Assembly (NCBI GenBank): GCA_002269645.1
Contig: NIVC01002702.1
Span: 84,779 to 148,778 of the forward strand
DNA: 64,000 bases
DNA from: Macrostomum lignano
Lineage: Eukaryota
Direction: 5' to 3'
A program made the position numbers and the translations under genes. The notes under the pieces are model-generated. The model did not search any database. It was not told the DNA's origin and was given only the letters and a program-made list of their open reading frames with translations. Positions 12,746-26,400 of the stretch are shown in pieces. Position 1 is the first letter of the stretch, and every line of letters begins with the position of its first letter.

Positions 12746-14152
12746 AGTAGAAGTCCATGACGAATGTCGGATAAAACAGTCTCAGTGAACGAGCTTTCAT
12801 GTTTAGTTTTTGATTTTGTGGACCATTCCATTTTCCTTTTACTTTGATGCTATTAAAGAAACCTGTTTTTGGATTATAATAAATCGATTCCAATAAAAGA
12901 AAAAAGTTCTTTTCTTGTATCCACTTGAATCGCGAGCTCATTTCGCTGATCATAAAACTCGTAGGTTCGATTTTTGAAGCTGGCTAATTTTCTCGAATTT
13001 CGTATACACGTCAAGTACGAGCTGCATGTGGGTGCATGTGGGTGGTGCATGTTATTTTTGTTATATACCCCAATTGACACCTGCATTACGCTAACATCAG
13101 CTGAGTTTTTTCAGGAATTTTCCAGCACCAACGGCGATCAATTAAAGCACACATTTGCAGGAAAATGCAAAACAAATTACGCTGTCACAATTTGTTAATA
13201 AAGGTCTGGCCACGTTAAAGCTCGAGCGCTAAAGCGGAAACACCCAACCTGTATTTGGCAGTCGAGATTATCCAACTGAGTGCATGTACAGTATGGTGTA
13301 TACAATAACAATGATATATAGAAATAGTAGCACAATTACGGCTTAGTGTGTAGCACAATTCCCTTAAAAGAATATATATTGTACAGATATACACATGTCT
13401 ATCTATATATACATGTACCTATATTAAAGTGGCTGGCAGGTTGGCGTACCTGCATGTTCCGCCATAGCTACTATACGCTGGTATTTTAAGAAATAGTGCT
13501 TGGCAAAGTACCCAAAATGTGCGACTTAAGTAGCTAGCTAAGCTACTAACTGCTAACTGCTAAATGGATAGAACTGCTAACTGCTAAATGGATAGAACTG
13601 CAAACTGCTAAATAGCTAAAAAGTGTTAAAATTGTGTGTTTGCGTGTAGCAAGGCTAGACAATGCCGTTGACACGATCATCAGCACGACGGCACAAAGAA
13701 TAAAACCAGCATGTTGATAATAATCAGTACATAGTAGCAGCATTTTAATCGGCTAGAAATGGAGCTGTAAAAACAACTAAACGACAGCATTACATAGCAC
13801 GGCTAAATAATAATGAATAGCCGGCATGCAGGCACGTGAATTAAAGACAAAGCAAAACACTGCGCGACCATTTAGAGCTATGGAAATTATAACGATACAC
13901 TTTCTCCATGCACAATTAACATATGTATCTCTAAGATATCTATATATCGATCAAGTCTATGCGTTTAGAAACAGCAGCAAAGACAAAAAGGACTAGTGAG
14001 AGTATAATAGAGTTTAATACAGTATAATAGAGTATAATAGATTATAATAGCCCCCAATTTCGAGCTACGTTGTTGGCAATAATATTATCGCTTTCTGCAA
14101 TCCATTTTCCACTCGGGGTATTCAAAAGTGACATGGGCAGTCGTGTGGCTTC

Positions 14153-14465
14153 CATGGAGGAAAGAATAGAATGGAGTGCTAATCTGAGCCAGTTATTTTT
14201 ATCTCGCTCGATTTTCGCTTTTAACATCCCTTTCCCCCGTTCCTTCCTATTGGCTGAAAGCATATTTTGATGCGAGCTCGTACTATTCTGGGACATACCT
14301 TTCAGAGAGGAAAGAAAACAAAAACGAGACAAAAATACTTTGTCTATGGCAGTCACGAGCCAATAGGAAAGAACGGGGGGGGGGAAAGGGATGTTAAAAG
14401 TGAAGATCGAGCGAGATAAAAATAACTGGCTCAGATTAGCACTCCATTCTATTCTTTCCTCCATG
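14153..14465. mobile_element. MITE with long (about 100 bp) TIRs
   Basis: The same peptide (MEERIEWSANLSQLFLSRSIF) appears on both strands. TIR starts CATGGAGGAAAGAATAGAATGG; perfect 8-bp TSD GTGGCTTC at 14145-14152 and 14466-14473. Confidence 0.92.
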
Positions 14466-14951
14466 GTGGCTTCGCACAAATCTCAATAGTCTATGACCTA
14501 AGAGAAGTGGCTGGAATGAGCAATCGATTTTCCTCATGTAAAATTAAAAAAGTAAACTTAAAAAGTGTCATATCAAACATACGAGCAAAAGAAGCGTCAT
14601 TTCAAAAATGAAAGAAGCGTCCATGTCGAACATAAAAATTCAATTTTGTCAATGTTGACAAAGATGTCAATGTTGATCGGAAATTTCTGAGATGTCAAGA
14701 CTGAGAGGTCAGAAGCTACGTGTAGTTCAATCAAACAAATTATTTCATTCTTTGTTGCCTACCCAACCGGGGCGCCGATTGATGGTATTACGTAATGCTA
14801 CTGCGCGTTAATAAAGTAGACATTAGCAATTAATAAAACTACTACTAGTAACTCTAAATACAAATTTGGTACAAGGTTCTCATCATCAAAGACGTGAGAG
14901 GCTACCACTTTTGAGGCAGCGCACCGCGAATTCAGCCTCTGTCTGCAGACT

Positions 14952-15323
14952 GCATCTCATTGCGAGAGCATCTCATTGCGAGAGCATCTCATTGAGAGAG
15001 CATCTCATTGCGAGAGCATCTCATTGAGAGAGCATCTCATTGAGAGAGCATCTCATTGCGAGAGCATCTCATTGAGAGAGCATCTCATTGCGAGAGCATC
15101 TCATTGAGAGAGCATCTCATTGCGAGAGCATCTCATTGCGAGAGCATCTCATTGCGAGAGCATCTCATTGCGAGAGCATCTCATTGCGAGAGCATCTCAT
15201 TGCGAGAGAGCATCTCATTGCGAGAGCATCTCATTGCGAGAGAGCATTTCATAGCGAGAGAGCATTTCATAGCGAGAGAGCATCTCATTGTGAGAGCATC
15301 TCATTGCGAGAGAATATCTCATT
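14952..15323. repeat. 16-bp minisatellite (GCATCTCATTGCGAGA), about 22 units
   Basis: Direct tandem units; each carries a TCTC..GAGA mini-hairpin. Confidence 0.95.
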
Positions 15324-15945
15324 CACACTACTCTGTCTCTCTGCTGTTACGTGCGGCAGATCAAACGGATTTCTTTGCTGTTTAGACTCAAGCATCCTTG
15401 AGTCTTTAGTATAATAAACTCCATTATAGTCAATCCAGCTGTGATTATTCGACCTCCCTAAGTATAAACTGCAGCAAATTATTTTAAACTGCAATAGCTG
15501 ACCTGTTGCGTAAAGCGGAAAATATAATTATCGGTTGACTAAGCGTGCAGGAATGGCTTTTATTGGCACGGTAATAGAGGTTAAAATGTTAAGAGTACAT
15601 TAAGCCAGTAGCTAAACAGAAATTTCTGAAAATATTTCAACTATCAAGGGTGATAATTTCAAACATTGACTAATTAAACTATTTTCTGCGCCATCCAACT
15701 TTTCTGCTTTAAGCTTTGAGCTCGAAAATTGGTTGAATTGGCAACTACAGTCAAAATAAAATGGCAAGCTATTGCTGCCTTTCTAAGCCCTATAATGAGA
15801 TTTACGTCCACATGCCTTTAGAATAAATAAATACTCTATAAATAATGTGTCAGCTTGTAGGCCAAATCTTCGCTCTTAAATTTCTTGCGAGATCAGTCAG
15901 AAAAGTACCAGCGATTTGATTTTTATCAACAAGAGGCAAACTAAA

Positions 15946-18306
15946 ATGGTGTCCGAAGGCTGGCTACTGCTGGCTGTGTGCCTTCTGCATGTGCTGTCTC
16001 AAGGTAAGTGGCTTCCAAGGTAAATGCCAACATAAGCATTGTATTTTTCCTCAATAAATCACACTAGTGTTCATGCAGTAACGGAACCCATCTTAACCGG
16101 AAATTTTTGGCACAAAAGACACATGACACCCTTTTTCGAACGAGAACAAGCCATTGAAAATCCACGATAAACGCCCGAGCTTTAGGGAAATTACAATCAA
16201 CCTGTTGTTTACAATTAGGTACAAAATCTCCAATGCAATCGAAACTGAATTTTTTGTCTATTTGAAAAAAGATAAGCCCATTATCCAAATGCCTGACTGC
16301 AATTCACCAACATTCCTACATTCCTATGCAGCGCATTCATATCGCTACATCGGTTGCTTCGTGGACAAAGAAAAACGGGATCTCCCAGTACTGGGCGGAA
16401 GCGGCCACATGTACGCGGGTAAGTGCGACCGGCTCTGCCGCAACCGGAACTACCGCTACTTCGGTCTGCAGCACTCCAAAGAGTGCTGGTGCGGCAACAG
16501 CTACGGCAAGTATGGCGCGCGTCAGTCGAGCGAGTGCCGGATGCGCTGCAGCGGCAACCGAGGCTCCTACTGCGGCTCGAGCTGGCGCAACAGCATCTAT
16601 GCAACCACCAAGCCAAGGGCCTCAAGTAATTTGGCGCTGCATGATGAATTAGCCGTTCCGTTTAGTCAGCTGATAATAATATTTCCCCTAAAAATGCACA
16701 CATGCTCATATGTACACAATTTCAGCGAGGCTGCCGCTGTCCAAATGTTCGCAGCACTCCGTCGATTTTAACGGTAAATGCAGTCGAGCCATCGATGGAG
16801 ACACAAATCAAAACTATAGGAAGAAATCCTGCACCCACACCCGCACTGCTACCGGAGCCTGGTGGCAGGCGAGGACCAGCAGACGCGCCAGAATCACATC
16901 CGTCAGAATCTACAACAGGCAGGACTGTTGTGCGAACCGACTCAGGAACTTTGTGATCAAGGTCGACGGTCAAGTGTGCGCGTCCTACCACTCGTCGAGT
17001 GCGTTCTCTGTGAAGACGTTCAGGTGCAACGCAGTTGGTCGCACAGTCCGCATCGAGACGAGAAATCGAGTACCGCTGACTCTGTGCGAAGTGAAAGTGT
17101 ACGGACGTTATGCAGAAGATAGCAGAGGTAACCTAAGAACCCTAGTTGCTCTTTATGTGAGTCAAGTAGATTGCTGTACGCATATCGTTGCCGAACTGAG
17201 TAGCAGATGTAATTCTTCGCTTGGTATCATTATTTGTCATACATTTAGACGCTAGGTAGTGAGAAAGATCTGACTAAAATTAACGTTACGTGCTTTTATT
17301 ACCAATAGAAAGGCACTGTGCACCGGCGTTAAAAGTCCAAATAATATTTCCCCCTAAAATGCACACATGCTCAAATGTACACAATTTCAGCGAGGCTGCC
17401 GTTGTCCAAATGTTCGCAGCACTCCGTCGATTTTAACGGTAAATGCAGTCGAGCCATCGATGGAGACACAAATCAAAACTATAGGAAGAAATCCTGCACC
17501 CACACCCGCACTGCTACCGGAGCCTGGTGGCAGGCGAGGACCAGCAGACGCGCCAGAATCACATCCGTCAGAATCTACAACAGGCAGGACTGTTGTGCGA
17601 ACCGACTCAGGAACTTTGTGATCAAGGTCGACGGTCAAGTGTGCGCGTCCTACCACTCGTCGAGTGCGTTCTCTGTGAAGACGTTCAGGTGCAACGCAGT
17701 TGGTCGCACAGTCCGCATCGAGACGAGAAATCGAGTACCGCTGACCCTGTGCGAAGTGAAAGTGTACGGACGTTATGCAGAAGTTAGCACAGGTAACCTA
17801 AGAAATCTTTGCTCTTTATATGCTTTTAAGTAGATTTTTGTAGGCATTTCGTCACTGAAATACGAGCTAAATAATTACCACCTTAAAATCCTTTTAGCAA
17901 GTTGAGTTTCTGTCGTTTTGATATTTTAGCCGAAGAACCGAATCTTTATAGCTTCAGTTTAGTGTATTTTTCTAGCTTATTATTACATTGTTGATAATCT
18001 AAAGCCTTTTGCATCTGATATCGCACTGTTACAGAATTTCTTGGCTGTTATCCGGACGACTCGGAGTTCCCAGACTTCATCGTCGCCAAGGTGTCTGCCC
18101 TCATGACCGTGTGGAAGTGCAACAAAATCTGCAAGGCCAAGAAGTTTTCCTACTTCGGCGTTAAGAATGGCCAAATCTGCGGCTGCGGCAATGAGTACGG
18201 AAACAGCGGCGACACTGTCAAGGCCAACTGCAACGTGGCTTGCGGCGGCAACCCGGACGAGAAGTGCGGCGGGAGCACCAACAATAGCGTCTTTGAAGTG
18301 AAGTGA
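15946..18306 (+). CDS. Secreted lectin: signal peptide - WSC - F-type lectin - F-type lectin - WSC (475 aa predicted)
   Basis: Exons 15946-16003, 16332-16625, 16726-17127, 17391-17792, 18035-18306 (1428 nt, all introns phase 1, GT-AG). WSC motifs YIGCF..C..LC..YFGLQ..ECWCGN and FLGCY..YFGVKNGQICGCGN. Both FTLDs have the canonical H-x26-R-x-D-x4-R motif (H..RQDCCANR). Confidence 0.88.
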
Positions 18307-20680
18307 ATTGACATTGTGAAACTTGGATTCTAATAACTCACTAATGGTGTTATTGGCAAGATAAACTTTTACTAAGCTTCAATAATTTAAAGAATTTTCA
18401 GACAGTAAACTGTAATTTTTAAGTTAAACCTTAAACTAATGGCTTGTCAATTTTTGTGTTCGTTGCCGGCCTAAATTTCTATTGGGTGCTACTTGTAGTA
18501 GACACGCTAATATTTTCTATTTGAGATGAACTCAACTGACTTGCTTACAGCTGCCGGGGAGAGGACGCTGCGGATAGACTTGAGGCCTCTACCGCAGCTT
18601 CAAGCTAAAAGCAGAACAATTTCTTTGTTCATTTGTATTTAGGGCCATCATTGCATCTCTCCAGCAGCAGAATTCAGCTAGGGGGCCGATGTGACGATTT
18701 CGTGCACAGTTGAAGTGCGGGCAGAAGGTGACACAGTGTGTCGCTGTTTCCTACTCTTAAAAGTGACTCAAAAGTGACGGATGGGGGAGCAATCGCTTTG
18801 TATAATAATTGTACGACTAATATGTCTCTGAAAGAAGCCATGGCCAGTGATGACCATGCACAAAAGTTCGCCGTTGTAGCCAAAAGTATAGTAATTGCAG
18901 GCCTCTCGAGTTTTTAGCTAGGAATTTCATACCCTCCGCCTGAAATCATCTGCAAGCCTTCCCTTTCATTGTATTTATCTAATAACTGTATCAATTACGG
19001 ATCTTCTCTCATTTACATGTAGCTAACCGCATCAGTCACCTACAGGTAGCCTGAGGTAGGCCCTAGCGCACAGGATAGGGCGACTGCATGATGTGAGGAG
19101 ACGCGAGTTGGTTCGTCTTTTTGACAGGTCAGTTTGTGATCTTGGGGGTTTGGAAACGGGAAAATCTTGAATTCGGGAAATTTTGAGGTGCGATCGCTGT
19201 CAGTCCGATTAAGCGACTATACAACAACAAAATAGAGACTGGCCGCGCCGGCCAGCCAATCAAAACCCCGCCTAAGGAGGAGGGGGGCTGCACCCGCGCC
19301 AAAGCTGGCCCGGCCGCAGCCAACCAGCCCTGAGCACGGGGGCAGGGGCACGACTGGGGAGGGGCACGCGCAAAGCCCGGCCGGCGGCCAGACCCTGCCA
19401 CGCCCGCCACCCCCCCCCCCCCAACCAGCCCCAAAGTGCAACGCGCCCTGCCAACTGACAAGGGCGCATGCACTACACTCTCAGTGAACAATTCTCTGAG
19501 AGAATAAGACAGTTATTCGGTACAGAGAGGGGAAACAGAAAGGAGCTGGTAGGGCAGCCGGAGACGGAAACGAAAGGGGAAAGTTGCCATCCGTCCCAGC
19601 GAAAAGCTCGGGACAAATGTCTAGTCCGTAAAAGGGAAGGGAGGCAGGGTCTCTCGATCAAGTATGATATGATAGCTAAAGAAAGACCGAGCTGAATCCA
19701 AGATGGGATTGAAGGTGGAGTTTTTGTTCAAAAAGTAGCTTTCTTTATAAGCATTTCATAGTCGTCGTCGCTTTCGTCGACTGCCTGCTGGCTGACGCCG
19801 GCGCGCCCCAGATTCGGCCTGCGGCGTGGAGTTCGTTCGCGACCTGGCCTTGAGACGTGCCCTGTGATGCTAACTGCGTATTTTGTTTTTGTTGGGGTAG
19901 CTTGTTTTGGTGGGCTTAGCCGGTGGGGCCATCGGCCCCAGGGTTTGATTATTATTTAATGCGGCTCTGGGCCTTGCTCACGCCCTTCGCGCTGTTTTTT
20001 TGCTGTTTTGTGTTTTGTATTGGTGTGCTCGGAGAGTACCAGTGCGAGACTAGACGGTTAAACAGCAATTCTAGCTATTGAATACGAGAAAAGAAGCATA
20101 AGAGCCTTAAGAAGAATCTTGGAAGTTAGAACCTGCACTGTACAACGAGCGAATCAATAAACGTAACGGCGATTTGGCCACTGGTAAGCCGCCTGCTGCT
20201 TGAGTTCTTTCTTTTCTGGGAGCTTGTTAGGCTGAGTTCTTGCCAGAGCGTCATAACGCCGGGAGATCATATAGCTTTTTGTAGTACTGTACCGTCTACT
20301 CTATATAGTGTGTACAACCTACGTATCGAGACTAGAAGCACTCGAGAGTGGCACCACACCTCGAGCCGCAGCGTGAACCCTGAGTGTCACAACATTAGAG
20401 GGATCGAGCTATTATCGCAGAGCGTCGTTACGCCTGCTCGTATTCATATAAAAGTACAGTCAGAGCGTCACAACGCCTGTTATATCACATATAATATATA
20501 AATTGTACTCGGGACTGGGCACCCAAACCGACCCGGGTTACGACAAGAGATTTCAACTCCCTCAGCTCGTTTAATTGTCTACCCCCTTTTAACACTGACG
20601 GCACGCCAGGCTTGCCAGGCCGGTCTCATATACTCGTATGTGTATACAATCCAATAGCTTATTTAATGGTATATTTTACC

Positions 20681-20827
20681 ATGGTTTTAGAGGTAGACAT
20701 GGTTACATAGATTGTGTCGTCTATGGTTTTAGAGGTAGACAATGGTAGATTGTGTCTATGGTTTAGACGTAGGACATGGTAGATTGTGTCTACGGTTTTA
20801 GGGGTAGACATGATAGATTGTGTCTAT
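20681..20827. repeat. About 34-bp degenerate minisatellite (ATGGTTTTAGAGGTAGACATGGTAGATTGTGTCT), target of the RTE insertion; resumes at 22264
   Basis: The same units flank both ends of the LINE. Confidence 0.8.
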
Positions 20828-22263
20828 TGGTGTCCTGGCGGGAGGCCCCGCGCCCCGCGAGTGGACCCAGGCCAACATCGTCGGCATCCCGAAGAAGCCG
20901 GGCACTACACGGAAGGAGGAGCATCGTGGAATCTCGCTCATGTCCTGTACCGCGAAGCTGTTCAACCGGGTGCTATTAGCACGGTTACAGCCCGTGCTGG
21001 ACTCGTTCCTGCGGTACGAGCAGAACGGGTTCCGCCCCCATCGCGGTACGGTGACGCAGATCCTGGCCCTCCGCCGCATCATCGAGGAGGCACGCATCCA
21101 CCAGTCAAGCCTTATCGTCATCTTTGTTGACTTCCTCAAGGCCTTCGACTCGGTGGCGCGCGGCGCGCTGCCTCACGTGCTCCGTGCCTACAACGTACCG
21201 CAGCAGCTGATCTCCGCCATCATGGCGCTGTATCAGGACACCACCGCCGCGGTAGCGACGCCAGACGGACCGTCGGACCTGTTTAGCACGACCTCCGGAG
21301 TGCTACAGGGTGACACTCTGGCGCCCTTTCTCTTCGTGCTGGTGATGGACTGGGTGCTCAGGACCGGCCTGCCGACATCAGAGGACGGCTTTCTGCTGCA
21401 AAGGCGCACCAGTAGACGGCACCCGGAGAAGAAACTGTCTGTCCTTGGCTACGCGGCCCTGCTGTCTTCCACGGCCGAAGGCGCCCAACGGCTGCTGGAC
21501 GGCCTGACTGCGGCGGCGGCGAGGGTCGGTCTCGTCATCAACGCCAGGAAGACCGAGGTGCTGACGGTGCCGCATGATCTACCCGCCGAGATTCGACTTC
21601 GAGACGGCGACGGCCCCGGGACGGCGCTCCCGAAGTGCCTTCAGTTCGTCTACCTCGGCGGACTGGTGCCGGACGTCGGTGACGACCTAGCGAGACGGCG
21701 CGGCAAGGCCTGGGCTGCCTTCCGATCTGTGCGGGCGGTGCTGCTCTCCGAGGCCCTGTCCGACGGCGCCAGGTCCCAGCTGTTCCAGGCGGTTGTTGAG
21801 ACCGCCCTGCTGTACAATGCTGAGACCTGGACGCTGACCGGGGCGCTTGAGGCGCAGCTCGACGCGGCGCATGCGGCCCTAGTCCGCGCCGCTTTCGGCG
21901 CCCGCCGCGGCCCTGGCAGCGAGACAACCGAGTCCCTGTACAAACGCACAGGCCTGACGCGGCCTTCTGCCCTGCTGAGTCAGCGGCGCCTGCGGCTTGC
22001 CGGACATGTCATCCGGGCCGAAGCCTACTGCCCAGAACCGCTGCAGGACGTCCTGCTGTGGACCCCGCAGGGACCGCGCAGGCGTGGTCAGGGACGATCA
22101 GCCCGCTACGTCGACCGCCTTTTTGAAGATGCGCGAGCACCCAGCCAGACGGCCGGTGTGAAGCACATTAGAGACCTGGCTCTGAAACGCGCGATTTGAC
22201 GCTCCCCCCTCTTGGCCACTCCCGTGGCTGGCGTGGGGCGTAACTATTATTATTATTATTATT
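20828..22263 (+). mobile_element. 5'-truncated RTE-clade non-LTR retrotransposon (RT domain ending at 22199)
   Basis: RT motifs NGFRPHRG, FVDFLKAFDSV, GVLQGDTLAPFLF, YLG, ETWTLT, AGHVIR. 3' UTR hairpin GCCAC-TCCC-GTGGC; (TAT)n tail 22245-22263; TSD ATTGTGTCTAT at 20817-20827 and 22264-22274. Confidence 0.93.
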
Positions 22264-23469
22264 ATTGTGTCTATGGTTTTAGAGGTAGACATAGCTATAA
22301 TGAAATGGACATCCAATGCACTGCTACTTTTGCGTATGCATACTACTCCACGGAATAATTTCATTTGACTCGAGACGTAGAGAGCTTTAGTGGAAATTTA
22401 AAAGTCGCATAATCTAAGAAACAATCAAGCCGAGAAACTGCGATTTTACGTTTTTGTAACAATTCTTCTTAGGCCTATGTTAATCTATTCAGTAACGATT
22501 AACGAATCCAGTGGGAGGCGTCCTAGTCCTGTCCCAACTCTTTTGCCGTGGCTGTACTTGCATATAATAAGCTGACATCGTAATTTTGGGCTTATTTTGG
22601 GCCACTCAAAATGCTGAGCCAGTCCACCGAGCCGACTTACGACCGAGTACCGACCGCCCCTACTTTAAAAATCCTGGACCTGCCTGTAAATCCATATGTG
22701 TTAGCTTATCTTTTACTTTTTAAATTGTGCTGTCTAAGTAAATGACAGCACAATGACAGCACAATGAAAATGATAGCACAGCACTAAGTTTTAAGTGTAG
22801 AACTAATCTGCATTGCCATTAGTTTTATTTAGATGTATACTAATACTATATAATAGAGCCATGAGTATGGAAACTATGTATATAGCAGAAACAAATATTC
22901 TAATTTGTTAGAATATTTGTTTTTGTTAGACCTTTATCACTTAATGGCTGATTCACTGGACTTAGGCATCAAGTGGTAACCCTTAGGCCCCCTATTCTCT
23001 TATTATAATACAGAATTGCTAATTGTAGCTTTTCAATATTTCTAGCTTGAATAATTAATTAATTAAATGTAATCTTTCTTTTCATTTTATAGGCTACCTT
23101 AGCTTAAGCATAGGCCTACCCTAAGCCTAAAAGCATTTCTTTACTAGGCAGTAAATGCATTCTAGATTCTAAATTATTTTTCCTTTCTAAAAGATAATGA
23201 TATATATTATTTTTTGGCCTATCCTTACACTAGATATCACATAGAATATCCTAGAGATTATTGTTTATAGAAAGAAATTTAGAGAGAAATTTTTTATATT
23301 AAGTTTGTTTTTTTTTAGCTATTTTATAAATGATTAATTATTATCTTATTAATGAACTATATAGTATACCTTTAAATATAAGATTATTTATTTGAGGAAA
23401 ATATTTAGCTTCTCTATTTACCAATCATGATATAATTTATAATATATTAAATTGTTTTCAGACTATAAA

Positions 23470-26400
23470 ATGATGGTTGTTCTAAATAGCTCAATATTGG
23501 ATTTTTTCTTAGCTTTTTCCACATTGTTAGCTGCATGCATTTTTACTACTGGATTCTTTCCTGATGTTGGAAAATCATCTTACTCTGTTTGTGGCCAAAG
23601 TAGAATAAGAGGTAATATATTTTCAACCTTGTTAGCAAGCAGCTTTTCTACTGTAGGACCTTGGCAGAGGTTAGCACACAACCTTGGCAGAGGGTAGCAC
23701 ACAACCTTGGTAGAGGGTAGCACACAACCTTGGCAGAGGGTATCACACAACCTTGGCAGAGGGTAGCACTCAACCTTGGCAGAGGGTAGCACACAATCTT
23801 GGCAGAGGTTAGCACACAACCTTGGCAGAGGGTAGCACACAACCTTGGCAGAGGGTAGCACTCAACCTTGGCAGAGGGTAGCACACAACCTTGGCAGAGG
23901 GTAGCACTCAACCTTGGCAGAGGGTAGGACTCAACCTTGGCAGAGGGTAGCACTCAACCTTGGCAGAGGGTAGCACACAACCTTGGCAGAGGGTAGCACA
24001 CAACCTTGGCAGAGGGTAGCACACAACCTTGGCAGAGGGTAGCACACAACCTTGGCAGAGGGTAGCACACAACCTTGGCAGAGGGTAGGACTCAACCTTG
24101 GCAAAGGGTAGCACTGGACCTTGGGAGGGTAGCACTCGACCTTGGGAGGGTAGCACTCGACCTTGGGAGGGTAGCACTCGACCTTGGGAGGGTAGCACTC
24201 GACCTTGGGAGGGTGGCACTCGACCTTGGGAGGGTAGCACTCGACCTTGGGAGGGTAGCACTCGACCTTGGGAGGGTAGCACTCGACCTTGGGAGAGTAG
24301 CACTCGACATTGGGAGGGTAGCACTCGACCTTGGGAGGGTAGCACTCGACCTTGGGAGGGTAGCACTCGACCTTGGGAGGGTAGCACTCGACCTTGGGAG
24401 GGTAGCACTCGACCTTGGGAGGGTAGCACTCGACCTTGGGAGAGTAGCACTCGACATTGGGAGGGCAGCACTCGACTTACGGAGGGTGGCACTCGACCTT
24501 GGGAGGGTAGCACTCGACCTTGGGAGGGCAGCACTCGACTTACGGAGGGTGGCACTCGACCTTGGGAGGGTAGCACTCGACCTTGGGAGGGTAGCACTCG
24601 ACCTTGGGAGGGTAGCACTCGACCTTGGGAGGGTAGCACTCGACATTGGGAGGGTAGCACTCGACCTTGGGAGGGTAGCACTCGACCTTGGGAGGGTAGC
24701 ACCCCCACTCTATAGTAGCAATGTTGGAGATTCTGCATACACATGGTGAACTCAGTTCTACTAATTAACGGACGCAGATTTACAAATGAGCAATCAAAAT
24801 AATCATTATTTGTCCTCTGACTGGCATTTAGACAGACGATGTTTCGGTCGTAAAACTGTCCTACTATTGATTGATGGCATGCGACAGGACATGGTTTTCT
24901 CATCTGATAGACAATCTGCTGCTAAAATGCGCTTTCTGGACAGTGCCAGGAGAGGCAAAAGCAGAATTGCTGGCATTCGCGGCAATTATAGCGCTGTGGT
25001 GAAAGTTCAGTCGCCTACTGTTACTCTGCCTAGGATTAAGGTAGGCTGAGATCTCTTATCTCTGTCCTACACAATTCACCTTCCTCGCTTTCTCCTGTCT
25101 TTCTCTTCCCCATATTTCTCTTTCCCATCTTTCTCTTCCCTTTTTCTCTCCACTCTTTCTCTTCACTCTTTCTTTTCACACCTTTCTCTTCCCATCTTTC
25201 TCTTTCCTCTTTCTCTTTCCCATCTTTCTCTTTACCATCTTTCTCTTTCCCATCTTCTCTTTCCCATCTTTCTCTTTCCCATCTTTCTCTTCCCCTCTTT
25301 CTCTTCCCTCTTTCTTTTTCCCATCTTTCTCTTCTCCTCTTTCTCCTTCCCATCTTTCTCTTTACCATCTTTCTCTTTCCTCTTTCTCATTCCCATATTT
25401 CTCTTCCCTCTTTTTTTGTTTCTCTTGCTTATTTCTCTTCCCTCTTTATCTATCCCATCTTTCTCTTCTCTTTCTCTTCCCTCTTTCTCTTTTCCCTCTT
25501 TCTCTTTTCCATCTTTCTCTTCTCTTTCTCTTCCCTTTCTTCTTTACCCCTTGCCCTTTCCTTCTCCTTTTGCCTTCTCCCTCTCACCAATCCACCTTGC
25601 CTACTTCGCAGTGCCTCACAACCGGTCGAGTTCCGGGATTCCTGGACGTTTTGTGGAATTTCTTCGCTTCCGAATTGGCCACGGATAGCATTGTGCGTCG
25701 TTGGCATTCGGCCAATTTCAGCGTTCAGTTCTATGGGGACGACACCTGGACCCGGATGTTCCTGGGTAGCTTTGCCATGGCGCAAGGGCTGCCATCCTTC
25801 TTTGCTACGGACTTCTACGAGGTGAGGAATTGGCTTTTGATGACTTTATCATTCTGTGCCAGTCTTCTATAAATCCTCTGAACATTTTCATTTTGAGCCA
25901 CCCAGAGATCCCATATTGAGTCACTCAGATCTCATATTGAGTCACTCAGATATCCCACATTGAGTCACCCTGAGATCCCATGTTCAGTCATTTAAAAATC
26001 CCATATTGAGTCACTCAGATCCCATATTCAGTCACCCAGAGATCCCATATTGAGTCACTCAGATCCCATATTCAGTCACCCATTGATCCCATATTGAGTC
26101 ACTCAAAGATCCCATAATGAGTCATCCTGAGATCCCATATTGAGTCGCTTCTCATTGATCCCATATTGAGTCACTCAGATCCCATATTCAGTCACCCAGA
26201 GATCCCATATTGAGTCACTCAGAGATCCCATATTAATTCACTTCCCATTGATCCCATATTGAGTCACTCAGATACGCCCCAAAAAGTATTCATTTTTCCT
26301 AATTCTCACCCTGTCTCACCCACAAACTCTTAACACTTTGCACCATTCTAAACTATTAATAATTATCCGATCGCACTACTAAATTTTGCAGGTAGACAAA

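Noticed and set aside
19091-20543. Possible solo LTR (GC-rich, ending GGGTTACGACA)
   Set aside because: No matching TG..CA partner end with a 4-6-bp TSD was found and there is no gag/pol; left unannotated.
22509-22686. Possible MITE before PIGG
   Set aside because: The termini are only weakly complementary and there is no clean TSD.
23580-24903. Long repeat ORFs (RVLPSQG, STRPWEG and others)
   Set aside because: Intronic minisatellite within PIGG intron 1.
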